A program made the position numbers and the translations under genes. The notes under the pieces were generated by a model, which saw only the letters and a program-made list of their open reading frames with translations, ran no database searches and had not been told where the DNA came from. A stretch of 64,000 bases of DNA from Camelus ferus (taxonomy: Eukaryota), in NCBI RefSeq assembly GCF_009834535.1, contig NC_045696.1, positions 120,840,001 through 120,904,000 of the forward strand, read 5' to 3'. Positions 51,240 to 64,000 of the stretch are shown piece after piece; the stretch's first letter is position 1, and every line of letters starts with the position of its first letter.

Positions 51240-52200
51240 GATTTAAATGGCCTGAACCTCAATAGAAATATAAGCAAAAATAAACAAATGGGACTGAATT
51301 GAACTTACACACTTTTGCACAGCAAAGGAAACCATAAACAAAACAAAAAGACGACCTAGGAGAAAATATTTGCAAATGGATGCGACTGACAAAGGCTTAA
51401 TTTCCAGAGTATGTAAATAGCTTATACAACTTAATAACAACAACAAAAAAAACAACCCAGTCCAAAAATGGTCAGAAGACCTAAACAATCAATTCTCAAA
51501 TGAAGACATACAAATGGCCAATAGGCACATGAAAAAAATGCTCAATATCACTAATTATCAGAGAAATGAAAATCAAACCTACAATGAAGTATCACCTTAT
51601 ACCAGTCAAAATGGCTATCATTAAAAAGTCCACAAATAATAAATGCTGGAGAGGGTGTGGAGAAAAAGGAACCCTCCTACATTTTTGGTGAGAATGTAGT
51701 TTGGTGCAGCCACTATAGAAAACAGTATAGAGATTCCTTAAAAAACTAAAAATAGACTTACCATATGATCCAGCAATCCCACTCCTGGGCATATATCCAG
51801 AGGGAACTCTAATTTGAAAAGATACATGCACCCCAGTGTTCACAGCAGCACTATTTACAATAGCCAGGACATGGAAGCAACCTAAGTGTCCATCGACAGA
51901 TGACTGGGTAAAGAAGCTGTGTTATATTTATACAATGGAATACTACTTAGCCATAAAAAAGAATGAAATAATGCCATTTGCAGCAACATGGATGGACCTG
52001 GAGATCTTCATTCTATGTGATATAAACCAAAAAGAAAGAAAAATACCGTAAGATAACATTCATTTGTGGAATCAAAAAAAAAAAAAAAAAAGAAGACACA
52101 AATGAACTTGTTTACCAAACAGAAACAGACTCATAGACAGAAAACAAACTTACAGTTACCAGGTGGAGAAAGGAGTGGGGAGGGATAAATTGAGAGTTTG
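51240..52200 (+). mobile_element. L1 3' fragment (ORF2 end and 3' UTR)
   Basis: [26 protein letters not shown]2 C-terminal sequence. Confidence 0.9.
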
Positions 52201-52206
52201 ATATCA

Positions 52207-52585
52207 TATTTTTTAGATTGAAGTATAGCTAGTGTACAATATTTTATGTTACAGTTATACAGTGTAGTGATTCACAATTTTTAAAGATTATATTCCATTT
52301 ATAGTTATTATAAAATATTGGCTATATTCCTCATGTTTTACAGTACATCCTTGTAGCTTATTTTATACCTGATCGTTTGTACCTCTTGATCCTTCACCTC
52401 CATCTTGCCCCTCCCCTTTCCCTCTCCCCACTAGTAACCACTACATCTGTGAGTCTGTTTCTTTTCTGTTACAGTTACTAGTTTGTTTTATTTTTTAAGA
52501 TTCCACATGTAAGTGATATCTTACAATATTTGTCTTTGTCTGACTTATTTCACTTAGCATAATGCCCTCCAAGTCCATTTATGCT
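52207..52585 (-). mobile_element. L1 3' terminus of an older subfamily, antisense
   Basis: T-rich tail at ~52208 and reverse-complement L1 3' UTR. Confidence 0.8.
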
Positions 52586-53545
52586 GAACACCAGAAACTA
52601 ATACAATATTTTAAATCAACTGTACTTCAATTAAAAAGGAAAAAAGCAAACAACCCATTTAAAATATGGGTGGAAGAACTGAACAAGCATTTTTCCAAAA
52701 CAGGAAATGCAGATTGTCAACAGGAACATGAAAAGTTGCTCAACATCACTAACATCAGGGGAATGCAAATCAAAATCACAATGAGATACCATCTCACATC
52801 TGTCAGAATGGCCATTACCAAAACAACACAAATATCAAATATTGACAAGGATGTGGAGAAAGGGGAAACCCTTGTATACTGCTGGTCGGAATGTATACCA
52901 GCATAGCCACCATAGAAAACAATATGGAAGTTTCTCAAAAATCTAGATATATAACTACTATATGGTCCAGGAATTCCACTCCTGGGCATATACCTGAGAA
53001 AAACAAGAACATTAATTCAAAAAGATACATACATCTTGCTGTTAACAGCAGCAGTAGTTATAATTGCCAAGACATGGAAGCATCCCAAGTGCATGTCAAC
53101 AGATGAATGGATAAAGAAAATGTAGCCTGTATACACAAAATGGAATACAACTCACCCATGAAAAGGATATTTTGCCATTTGTGGCCCTTCACTTTTTTTT
53201 TTTTTTTTGAGCTTCAAAAACCAGAATCTTACAACTGCCGTAAACATTTCCATGGCATCAAAAACAACAAAATACCTAGAAATAAACTTAACCAAGCAGG
53301 TTACCTATACTCTGAAAACTGTATAACATTGATGAAGGAAATTGAAAATGATACAAATAAATGGAAAGATATCTTGTGCTCTTGGATTGGAAGAATCAAC
53401 ACTATCAAAATAGCCACACTACCCAAAGCAGTCTACAGATCCAGTGCAATCCCTGTGAAAACACCCACAACATTTTTCACAGAACTAAAAGAAACAATTT
53501 CAAAATTTATATGGAACCATAAAAGACCCTGAATTACCACAGCAA
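52586..53545 (+). mobile_element. Mosaic of plus-strand L1 fragments (52586-52640 3' tip; 52640-53183 ORF2 end; 53250-53545 ORF2 middle), with poly-T at 53193-53209
   Basis: ORF2 motifs MRYHLTSVRMAI and [17 protein letters not shown]. Confidence 0.8.
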
Positions 53546-55575
53546 TTTTTTGTAGGTTTTTTTTTTTTTCCTTTTTTTGTCCTTTTCTTGTGGTTTGATG
53601 ACTGGAGAAGGTCCTTTAACATTTCTTGTAAAGCTGGTTTGGTGGTGCTGAAACCTTTTAGCTTTTGTTTATCTGTGAAGCTTTTGATTTCTCCATCAAA
53701 TCTGAATAACAGCCTTGCTGGAAAGAGTATTCTTGGTTGTAAATTTTTCTCTTTCATCACTTTAAATATATCATGCCACTTCCTTCTGGCTTGGAGAGTT
53801 TTTGCTGAAAAATCAGCTGATAACCTTATGGGAGTTCCGTTGCATGTTATCTGTTGCTTTTCTCTTGCTGATTTTAATATTCTATCCTTATCCTTAATTT
53901 TTGTCAATTTGGTTACTGTGTGCCTTGGTGTGTTCCTCTTTGGGTTGATCCTGTGTGGAACTCTTTGCATTTCCTGGACTTGGGTGACTATTTCCTTTCC
54001 CAAGTTAGGGAGGTTTTCAATTATTATCTCTTCAAAAAATTTTCTCAAATCCTGTTTTTCTCTCCTCCTTCTGGACCTCCTATAATGCAAACATTCATGC
54101 GCTTCATGTTGTCCCAGAGTTTTCTTGAACTATCCTCATTTCTTTTCATTCTTTTTTCTTTTTTCTGTTCTGCAGTAGTGATTTCTACTAATCTGTCTTC
54201 TAGCTCATTAATCCATTCTTCTGCCTCATTGAGTCTATTCTTGGTTCCTTCTAGTGTGTTACTCATTTCAGTGATTTTATTCTTCAACTCTGGGTATTCT
54301 TTATATTTTCCAACTCTTTACTAAAAACTTCACTCTATGCATCTATACTCCTCTTGAGTTCTCTGAACATCTTCACCATCATTACTTTAAACTCTTTCTC
54401 AGATAAATTGCCTGTCTCCTCATCACTTATTTCTTCTTCCGGGATTTTATCTTGTGCCTTGGCCTGGAACATATTCCTTTGCTGCCTCATATTGTCTGTC
54501 TTTCTATTTGTATTTTTAAGTAAGTCAGTTACATTTCTCAACCTTGGAGGAGTGGCCTCCTGTGGTAGACGTCCTGTGTGTCCCAGCAGTACACTCCTCT
54601 CTTGTCCCCCAAGGGCCAGGGTCCAGCTGGTCCCAGTGTAGAGTCTGGCCTGTGTTTGTGGATTGTTGTTTTCTTATTTCTGGTATCTGCTCCTGGTGGA
54701 TGAGGCTGGACCAGAGGCTTATGCAGGTTTTCTGGCAGGAGGAGCCGGTGCCTACCCACTGCTGGATGAAGCTTAGTCCTGGACTTCTTGTGGGTGGGGC
54801 TGTGTCTAGAGGCCTTTGTGACTTAGGAAGTCTGCTGATGGGTGGGCCTGTGTTCCCACCCTGTATGTTGTCTGGCTTGAGGCTTCCCTACAGTTTGTTT
54901 GGTGGGGCTAGGTCTTGATGCTAATGATCCGATCAAGATGTCAGCCTCCATGAAAGCTCATGTAGATGAACAGTCCTGAAATGTCTGCCACCAGCTATTA
55001 TGTTCCCTGGGTGAGCCGCAGCTGTACCCTACGTCCTTGGGAGACCTTCCAAAATCCAGCAGGCAGGTCTGGCCCAGGTTCCTATGAAATCATTGCCTCT
55101 GCCTTTGGACCTGGTGCATGTAAGTTTGTGTACACTTCCCAAGAGAATGGAGTCTCTGTTTCCCCCAGTCCTGTGGGGCTCCTGGAATTAAGCCCCACTG
55201 GCCTTTGAAACCAGGTGTCCTCAGGTCTCCTCCTCCTCCCAGTGCTGGAACCCTGGGCTGGGGAGCCTGATGTGGGGCTCAGAACTCTCACTCCCATGGG
55301 AGGGCCTCTGTGACTTAATGTTCTTTAGCTGACTGGTTCTTTTTCTTACCCAGGAGGTATGGGGCCCAATTATATCAAGAGCATACCCCTCCTACCGTCC
55401 TGCTGTGGTTCCCTCTTGATGTTTCCAGTTGAAGAAGATAGTTTTTGCTAGGTTCCAGTCTTTTTTTTTTTTTTTTTTTTTAATGCTTTTTTAGCAGTCA
55501 GTTGTGGTTTTGTTGTACTCGCGAGGAGAGGCGAGCTCATTGTCCTACTACTCTGCCATCTTGACCGGAAAAGTC
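53546..55575 (-). mobile_element. 5'-intact L1: 5' UTR (YY1 site CAAGATGGC at 55555-55563) and frameshifted ORF1
   Basis: ORF1p pieces at 54335-54541, 54045-54287 and 53500-54090 (coiled coil, RINPKRNTPRH, IRLSADFS, LQPRILFPARL). Confidence 0.92.
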
Positions 55576-55974
55576 TATAGATTCTTATTTTGCCCCCTTC
55601 TGGTAAAAAATAGTCTATAACACATTTCTATTTCATGCTTTTTTCACATGCCAAAAATACCTGGATCTTTCCATGTAGTATATAGAGAATGTCCCCATTC
55701 TTTGTTTCAGTAGCTACGTAGTATATCCCATTGTATGGCTATAGTATGATTTATCTACTTTCCTACTGATGTACATTTTGGTTGTTTTTAATCTTTTGTT
55801 ATTAAAACATTGATGTAGTACATAGCCCTTAACATTTTTCCTTTCACAAACCTGTCACTATTTCCTGCATGAATTTTTTTTAATTAAAAATTTTTTTAAT
55901 TAAAAAAATTAGCTTTTTAATTACTTTATTATTAAGATAAGGTTTCCTTTGGCTTTTAAAAAAGAGCCGTAAGG

Positions 55975-56215
55975 ATATATAATATCAATACATACCATAA
56001 AATTTACATACTATAAAATCAAGCCATTTTAAGTGTACAATTCAGTGAGTTTTAGTAAATGTATTGTTGTGCGACCATCACCACAATCTAATTTTAGAAC
56101 ACATCTCTTGTCCTAAAAAAAAAAAAACTCTTTTCTATTTACAATCATTCTCCATTCCTACCCCCTGCTCTAAACAACCATTATCTACTTTTTGTCTCTA
56201 TATATTTGCCATTTG
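55975..56215 (-). mobile_element. Old L1M 3' end
   Basis: CATTTTAAGTGTACAATTCAGTGAGTTTTAGTAAAT is an antisense L1M hallmark. Confidence 0.65.
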
Positions 56216-58633
56216 GGGAGACTCAGAGATGTGTTCTGCACTTGTCAGTCCCATTCCAGGCTCTGAGTTTATCCATCTCTGCTCTTAGGGGTGTTTTTCT
56301 GAAAAGTTTGAGAAGCACTGCCACAAACTTGTTATTGAGGCCTGGTGGTGGGATGATTTTTCACTTTTTGAAATAACTTGGCTCTGAAGTGACAGTGACA
56401 ACAATGTTGCCTTGCATCCTGTGTTTCTTGGAGGTGATATACAAAACTGTAAATCTGGTGGCGAGTTATTTATAAGCAAAGATCATGTTGTAAAATTGTC
56501 TAGTTTGCTGGTAGGCAGGCTTCAATACAATGAAACATTTACAGCTATGATTTTTTGGGGACAGGCTCAGTACCCTCTGATCTTAAGCCCTAGAGTACCT
56601 GAAAGTGTTAAGAGATGTTTTGTATAAAAAGGAGTTCTGTGATTAAACGAGTTTGGGAAACACTAGGTTCTGTAAAGTTTAACCAATTTGTTGGCTAAGG
56701 AACTCTTCAGAGCATGAAATCTGCTGGGACAAATAGTCACTCTTCAGGAGATTTTCCCAAATGTGTTCAACCACTGAACTCCCTTTTTTTCCCAGGCCAC
56801 TCATATTAGTACTAGTGTCCTGAGGGGCCCAGCTTGGGAAGTACTACCCATGTTGGACCCTGTGGCACCACGTAGAAATGACTGCATATAATCACTTCTG
56901 CATAGAATCATAGCATATGTGACATTTAAATTTACAAGAGATTGAGTAAAAGGAATGAGTCACCATTGTAAAACTGACCGTTATGACCAGCAGGTGGTGG
57001 TAATGTAACATGCAGACCAACACAGAAGTCTCTCTACTGGCAGAATTAATTCAGGACCCATAATGTCGTCTTCATTTAGTTACAGTCTACGAATATTTTA
57101 ATTTCACTGGTTAAATGAATAAAAGGCCAAAAATAGGTCATTAACATACTTCTAACGTCTTCCTAGGAAAAGCACAAGTCAGCTGAGAAATAAGATTGGG
57201 AAAATCTTTTTATCTTCACAGACCATTTGAACTGGCCTGAATAGGTTTGTTTTTTCTTGCCACCCGTGTATCAGATGGGCTTTCCCTAGTTTAGGCATAC
57301 ACAGAGCCGTATGCATGCTCTGTCTCGAAAGAAAAAAAAACCATATGTTTAACCAGACTTCACCCTTCACATCTGTGAGAATGGCAAAGCGCTGCTTTCT
57401 TCAGCAGGCAGCTCACCGGTGGCTGCCGAGAAGATGAAGCCGCTGCGGCCACTGCCCTCCGGGGACTGACACTGGGCTGAAAGTAGGGGTGCCAGCGCAG
57501 TCGCTCAGAGTCAACAGGGCCTGTGGGGTGAGAGGATCAGGGTCTCAGAGAGGTGGGAAGAGAGCTGGGCCACTTCTACTTTTCCGAGGTCCGTTAGATA
57601 TGACGCTGTAAAACAGGGCAACAAAAAATGGGATATGCTTTAAATTTAACCACAAAAAATATGTAACATGCAAAAATGCGATGCCATGTGACTATACTGC
57701 ATTTTACAGCTGGGGCAGCCCAGAAATGGGAAGTATGTTTAAAATTGTGAGGGGACGTCTTTCAGAGCTGTCAGTGTGTCTCTCTGACATGGGGTGTCAT
57801 CAGGCTGGGAGCTCTGGTTGAGAGTCAGCACTTGAAGCCCTTCAGGAATCTGCAGCCCTGAGCCAAGGCCATTTTGGCCACTTTGGTGAGAGTCGCTGAT
57901 GCAGAACATAAACCCAGAGAAGCTGCAGGGGAGAGACTTTTCCAGTGCTGCCCACCTGACCCACTTGGGGTGTGTTGTTGCTGAGGATGGCCAGGGGGGG
58001 TGGTGGTTTATAACTTCAGTTGATGGGTGTGTGCTGGAACCAGCTTGAAAAGACCCTTCGTAGGTGCAGTTGAGCAGCCTTTCCACCCTGTCCCTCCTTC
58101 TGGTTCCAAGGCTGAACTTTTTTGGCCTCTCTTTCCAGACATAGCTGGACAGGGCTGATGTCCTCATAAACTGGTCAGACAATATCTCCCCTAGTGATAG
58201 GAGGGCCCTGATGCCTCACGGTTCCAGGTGAGGAGGGGATCACTCTCTTGATTTGAGGGTCTCTCCACATCCTGAAGGAAAAAATAAAGAGACCCAGTTT
58301 ATATCAGCCAAGTGCTTCATGCCACAGGGTCATTCAGTCGTTAGCAAGGGGGAGGTGGCATTTACAGTAAGTAACCCACAGTGCAAGTGTGTAGGTTGCT
58401 CACAGAGTCTGGCACTGTTCTAGGTCTGGGATTCAGCCAGGTCTGTTCTCAGGGAGGGGACATGCTGGTGGAACTGAGGAGAGAGAGACAATTAATAAAT
58501 CAAGTTATATAATACACTGAGATGTGCTCCAGTGCTGTGGGCAGACTAAAATGAGGAAGAGGGTGGGGAGTGCTAGCTAGGTATGTACCTAGCTGGTAAG
58601 CGCTAGTCGATAGCTCATGTTGTGTTTGGTATT

Positions 58634-58720
58634 TATTTTTTAATGGAGGTACTGGGGATTGAACGCAGGACCTCGTGCATGCTACCCAGGCGCTCTACCC
58701 CTGAGCTCTACCATCCCACC
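58634..58720 (-). mobile_element. Short tRNA-derived SINE (Vic-1-like head plus A tail)
   Basis: Perfect 13-bp TSD TGTGTTTGGTATT at 58621-58633 and 58721-58733; A/B boxes on the minus strand. Confidence 0.88.
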
Positions 58721-61134
58721 TGTGTTTGGTATTAAAATGGTAATAGTGACTCAGACAGTGACGCCCAAGATAAAAGATAACAGAGGAGATACAACATTTT
58801 TGCATCTGTCTATGTTTCTAAGTCTGGTCAGTAGTGTGAGAGACCACATATACTGTGTATGACTCAGTTCCTTTTTCTGGAGAGTTGGATACATTTTATG
58901 GGGAGGCAGGCTGACTGTGGCGGAGGGGAAATGGCCCTAGAGTTTTCCTTTGAAGGGCTTTACCCTCGTTTCACCGCCTTGCGGTTCAGGAGAGACTACA
59001 GAATCTCTGGCTGGTTCGCACTGTCTCTGCCTTGTGTATCCTTCCCGCTCTGCTGAAGCAGTTTCACCCTGGATGAATGGGGGCTGCGGGTCTGGGTTGG
59101 GGGAGCTCTTGAAGGAGCTAGCAGTGCCATCCCTGCCCTTGGAGCCGGGCTCCCGGGTATGTTAGGAATTAGCGGTTTCCCAGGGACGTCCAGCTTCACG
59201 CAGCACCTGAAAGGACTTCGTTCCTCCGGCAGCCTGTTTCTTCCGATGGAGGCCCCCAGGAAAACCCTCCGCTGGGGCCCGAGAGCCTCCAGACACGGTT
59301 AATGGTTTCTCTTGGGGAGCACGTGGGTCTAGTGCTCAGTGACTGCTGTTTGTCATTCGTAAGTCACCGGGAGAGGTGGGTGCGTCCCTCCTTGAGGACA
59401 GGCTGCAGTGTTGGCAGCTCTGTGAGCGAAGTGGTGCTGGTCGGGAAGCGGGCCGGCGTGCGCTGTCCGTGGTGCTGACGGGAGCAAAGAGCAGCGGGTC
59501 GCCCTACGCCCAGACGTGCAGCTGCGCACTGAGGCCTGTCTCTGCCCTGCAGAAGGGGAGCCAAGGGGTCAAAGCGGACACCCTCCACAGGTGGGCACCT
59601 CCTTCTGCCCTTGGCCCCCAGCTTCAGGGATCAGGGCTATTTAGACATTGAAGAATCCCTTCCTCAGGCTGAGGGCTGAAAGCTGCTGGTGTACTATCTG
59701 GATGTTGCTTATACTGTGCTTTATATAAATGAGACACACTGACTCATCTCCGTCTCTAAATGTCTCAAGTCTCTGTCACAGTTCCCTTGAATAACTTACA
59801 CCACAATATCGACAGGAAGGAGATGGAAACCACTCCTCCTCTAGATCCTAAGACAGGCCTACCTGTCAGCTCCTGGTCCTCAAAGAAGTGTCTGTCTGGG
59901 TGACAGAATTTGTCCCTGTTACTGTCATTGAGGAGAGGTGATTGGCCCAAATCTGGAGTGTGCCAGAGGATCAAGAATAAATGTAAGATTTCTTGTGTCT
60001 TACCTGAGGATTTGACCCATTACATTTTGAAAACAAAGTCTGTAGTTGGTTAAGGATTATGTGTATTTGATTTTCTTTTGTCTTAACTTTCTGTGAATAT
60101 AAAATAGATAGGAGTTGATCCTAAAAATCCCAGAAATTTGTCTTTTTATTCTGTTTTCCATTAATAATAGTGTAACTTTTTCTTTTGGAAAAAAAAAAAT
60201 GAAGTGCTTCGGCAGTATCAGTTCACTTGATTTTTCAGTAGTTCTCTGAAGATGCTTCAAGTAAAAAGGTTTTTTAAAAAAAATTCCAGGTAAACAACAA
60301 GGTATTACTGATCTCTGCTTCAGGAGAACCCTTAACGCTGAAAATGAGATTTCAGATTATTTTAAGGAGAAGCATTTTTCTTGGTTCTCATGAATACAGA
60401 CTTTAGCTCATAGAAACTACTATGAACTGCTTCAGTTTTATTTTAGGGTACTTTTTCTGGGGCTGGAGATTGGAATACAACAGGAAATTTCATTATATAC
60501 ATTAATTTTGCTTTTTTACATACATTCTTAAAGAGGGTAAAACTATTCTATCTTAATTTCCCTGACATAAGTTAGAATTTTAGAAGTGTAACCCACAAGA
60601 AATAAAACCTGATATTGAAATGTAATAAAAACTCCATCAGAGAATCTCGGCGTTCATTCTTGACATTCTGTCAGTGTGCATTTGATTCTTCATGTAGTCC
60701 CTTCAAGGATGAACCAAATTAATATATCTGTCCACAGGGTGTTAGGGATATGTGTTTAATAGCACTTGTATCAAAGTGTGCACATAACTGATTCCCATTT
60801 GGCCTTTTTTACTGACTCTAGAGAGTTAATTTTTAAGTGACCCACTAGTGGTAGGTAGCATTGCTCTAAGTGCCTGATTTGCAGCAGCAGATAGAGGTGT
60901 TTCAGTTCCTGTAAATGTTCCTAAGGCCTCCTGACTTCCTCATCTGGCCTCACAGCCCTTCCACATTAAGAACATTCACAGCAGTGACAGACACATAGGG
61001 AATCAACAGATTTGAGCCCTGCCTTCCTTTGTCAAATGTGTAAAAGCAAAATTGATCCGGTGAGACCAAGAATGAGGTTGGTTAGTTTAGCAGGAGTCCA
61101 TTATAAAGAGCTTTTATGCTTGAATAATTCAGAT

Positions 61135-61310
61135 GGGACTGGTTACAAACTTTGTGGAGCCCATACAAAATAAGAATGCAGATCCCCTTGTTAAAACATT
61201 ATTAAGAATTTTAAGCCAGTGATAACAGAGCATTGAACCAAGTGTAGGGCCCTTCTAACCATTGGGCCTCGTGTGCCTGCACAGGCCATGTGCCCACAAA
61301 GCCTGCCCTG
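61135..61310 (-). mobile_element. MER45A-like hAT MITE
   Basis: Reverse complement matches the recalled MER45A consensus (AAATTCTTAATAAT..TTAACAAGGGG). Confidence 0.7.
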
Positions 61311-61689
61311 AGCCCAGGGTGGCAGAAGATTGCTGTGGGGGAGGGGCAAACAGACCTGTGGCATGGCTCAGTAGCATTCAAAATAGTTGGGCTACTTTGA
61401 TTCCGAGAGTTTGGAAATAATTAGCAAGGGTGAAGTCATCTTGTTTGAACAGATGCTTATAACCTCACATGAAATCTTAGACATAAAGGCCTGGGAGGTT
61501 GTGTGTGATGAGAGGAAATGTGCTTTGTCTTGTCCTTGTTAACTGGCTTTCACTGCTGTCCGCACTGAGGCAGTGTATCCCACCTTCTGATGATAAACTG
61601 CAGCAACATGTATCTGGTACAGTGTTCTCTGGGGTGAAGGATGGTAGACTGAATGGAGGTGGTGTTTCACATTCACTCCATCTGCTTTC

Positions 61690-62190
61690 CTGATTTCCCC
61701 CTTTAGGGTCACTGGCTCAGTGACCCTAAAGCCTCCCTTCTGGCTGTGATCCTTCCCCTGTTGTGCAGTCGCATGTTTCCAGGGTCTACAGGACATCTCC
61801 ACTTGAATATCTAGGCAATGAAACTTAGCAAATCAAATAGAAAGTATCCTTTTTTCTGGTGGTTGTCACTCCTGATTCTGAAGACTGGTAAATAGTGTCA
61901 TGTGTACTGCCTTCTCTGCCCGCCACGTCCAGACATCTGCCAATTCTTCCTCAAGAATCCTCCCAATCTACCTTGATTCTCTTATCCCCTTCCTTTGTAA
62001 TTTTACATCTGTAGATGCTTCCTGGCTGTGGAAAGTGGTTACTCCACTCTTTCCTCAAGCTCAAGGCTAACCTTCCCCCCCCCTCCACCAAATACTACTT
62101 TTTAAATGTCACTCTCTTGCTAAAGCTCTTATAGCTTTTGAGTCCCTCCTGTCATGAAACTTAAATTCACCTTCAAGGCACTCTGTCAAC
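61690..62190 (+). mobile_element. Degenerate L2 fragment
   Basis: GGACATCTCCACTTGAATATCT and pyrimidine-rich L2-like body. Confidence 0.5.
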
Positions 62191-62196
62191 TGGACC

Positions 62197-62264
62197 CTCT
62201 CTCTCTCTCTCTGTCTCTCTGTCTCTCTGTCTCTCTCTCTCTGTCTCTCTCTGTCTCTCTCTCT
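62197..62264. repeat. (TC)n/(TCTCTG)n microsatellite
   Basis: Seen directly. Confidence 0.9.
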
Positions 62265-62689
62265 GAACTGGATTAATCATTATTTCCCCACCTGACCAGT
62301 CTCCCTCCTTTCCCCACGCCCTAGGAGAGCGGGTGCAAAGGCATTTTAGCCTTTAGCCTGGGAGGTTCTCTGGTTCAGACTGCAAGGTGCTAGCATGTCT
62401 TTTTGGTGACCAGATTGCCCAGGGCTGATGGCGGGCTGCCAGGTATATTCCCTGTTACACAGTGACATACAGATTACCCCACAGCACCAGGGACAGTGCT
62501 GCACACGTGCTCCTTCACCTCCATCTGTGCCCCTCAGTCATGGGACCCTTGTCATTGTTGCCTAGTGATTTTTGTGCATCACAGCTCTCCACCTGAAGTC
62601 TTAGCTCCTAAAAGATATGAATTTGGCCTTTGAGGGGTTTTTTTACATGCCCTGTGTCCCCAGTGCCCATCAAGTTCATTCATTCTGAA

Positions 62690-62977
62690 CTCTGCAGCCT
62701 GATGCCCTGGACCTGGAACTGAATTCCAACGACATCAAGAGTCCAGGGCCCAGGAAGGCCACTGTGGTGGTTGGGGCAGTGGCAGCAAGATGGAGTGTCC
62801 GGGGCAGCAGTGTCCGAGGCCTGGGACAGTGATATGCGCAGGGAGGTTGTCCCCACTCGGGGCCTCCTGAAGTTCCTGTGACTCTGAGCCCCACCCATTG
62901 AATTTGTAATAAATTCCTTTATGGCTTCACTCAGCCAAGTCTTATTTCGTTGCTTGGAACCAAGAAGCCTGACAGAC
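62690..62977 (+). mobile_element. MaLR (MLT1-like) LTR remnant
   Basis: AATAAATTCCTTTT...GTTGCTTGGAACCAAGAAGCCTGACAGACA is a typical MLT1 3' end. Confidence 0.5.
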
Positions 62978-63444
62978 AACAGAAAGAAGAGTACACGTGT
63001 ATTCTGGTCTTTAGAGGAAGAAAGCTTGAGCAGGTCTGGTGGAATCTTGTTTTCCCCTTTTCAGAGAAAAGCAAGAAGTAGAAACAACATCCAGGGGCGG
63101 AAAAACAAATTCTTCAGTAGAGACTTAAGCCATTTTAGGTGTAGCCAATACCAGGGTATGTTATCATAAGGCAGGATATTTAAAGATTCATGGAATCTAC
63201 CAGGTACAGAAATAGCACACTGTCCTGCAAGGACCACATGCTGTTCTACATATCACCCAGTGCGGGACTCCCTTCTGCAACTTTCAAGGCCAGACTCAAT
63301 CGATACCACGTAATGAGGTGACATCCTCCTGTGACTCTTGTCCACTGGTCCCACTTCTGCAGCTAGAACTGCGTAGATCTCATATTTACCTCGAATATAT
63401 CACAGCTCTTCAGATGTTTGCAGAATCTTCAGTTCAATTAACGT

Positions 63445-63600
63445 AGTAGTTCTCAAACTTCAGTTCATGGGAGAAACCTCCAGGAACTTGTTTACATGTA
63501 GATTCCTAGACCTGAAAATGGGAAGTTTGATCCAGTAGGTCTTGGCTGGGATCTAAGAGCCCTGGGTGAGTCTGCTACAGGTGGTTCATGACTTCTGTTT
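63445..63600. mobile_element. MER5-like MITE
   Basis: TAGTAGTTCTCAAACTT terminus and GATCCAGTAGGTCT. Confidence 0.5.
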
Positions 63601-63659
63601 ATTGAGTCCCTACTGTATGCCCAGTCTGGATCAGGGGCTAGAGAGTAAAAACAAATAGG

Positions 63660-64000
63660 AATATACATTTTTTCCAAAGAAGATACACAAGTGGCCAATA
63701 AGCACATGAGAAAAAGTTCATCATTAGCCATCAATGATCCGCAAATCAAAACCACAACAAGAGGGAGGGTATAACTGAGTGGAAGATCATGTGCTTAGCG
63801 TGCATGAGGTCCTGGATTCAATCCCAGTATCGCCATTAAATAAATTAAATAAATAAACCTAATTACCTCCCCTAGCAAAAAAAACCCCAAAACAAACAAA
63901 ACCACAATGAGAGATCACTTCAGACCCACTAGGATGGACAGAATAAAAAAGATAAGGGTCAGTGAGGATGTAGAGAAATTGGAACCCTCACGCATTGCTG
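63660..64000 (+). mobile_element. Old L1 ORF2 3' region, runs off the window
   Basis: TCCAAAGAAGATACACAAGTGGCCAATAAGCACATG and GAGAAATTGGAACCCTCA. Confidence 0.8.
63764..63897 (+). mobile_element. tRNA-derived SINE (Vic-1-like) inserted in the old L1
   Basis: Same head and AAACCTAATTACCTCCCC body as 14778; TSD AAAACCACAA..AGAG at 63748-63763 and 63898-63913. Confidence 0.85.

Noticed and set aside
53500..54541. Domesticated L1TD1-like gene or active ORF1
   Set aside because: ORF1 is split by frameshifts and stops and sits in an ordinary L1 context
37107..64000. Further NEK11 coding exons (expected KVLKEISVGEL...)
   Set aside because: Not found by eye; the next exon probably lies beyond the window, though a missed exon cannot be excluded

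Overview
Mammalian genomic DNA, most likely camelid (inferred from Vic-1-like tRNA-derived SINEs), covering the conserved ATP2C1 - ASTE1 - NEK11 block. Plus strand 5420-12884 holds the last eight coding exons of ATP2C1 (SPCA1 Golgi Ca2+/Mn2+ P-type ATPase), followed by its 3' UTR. Minus strand 33090-23473 holds the complete four-exon CDS of ASTE1 (678 aa, XPG/FEN1-like nuclease). A CpG-island bidirectional promoter at ~34.2-35.4 kb is shared with NEK11, whose first coding exon is 36937-37106. The rest of the window is NEK11 intron filled with nested L1s, L2/MIR, hAT DNA transposons, SINEs and microsatellites. I found no convincing new multi-gene system. The best leads are: a recognisable but altered homologue of the ATP2C1 alternative terminal exon lying antisense on an ASTE1 coding exon; a candidate new ATP2C1 C-terminal exon in the 3' UTR; a triplicated RFX X-box module in the bidirectional promoter; patchy GC-biased divergence that changes protein sequence; and complex L1 rearrangements. 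Comparisons with human proteins and repeat consensi are from memory, not from searches.
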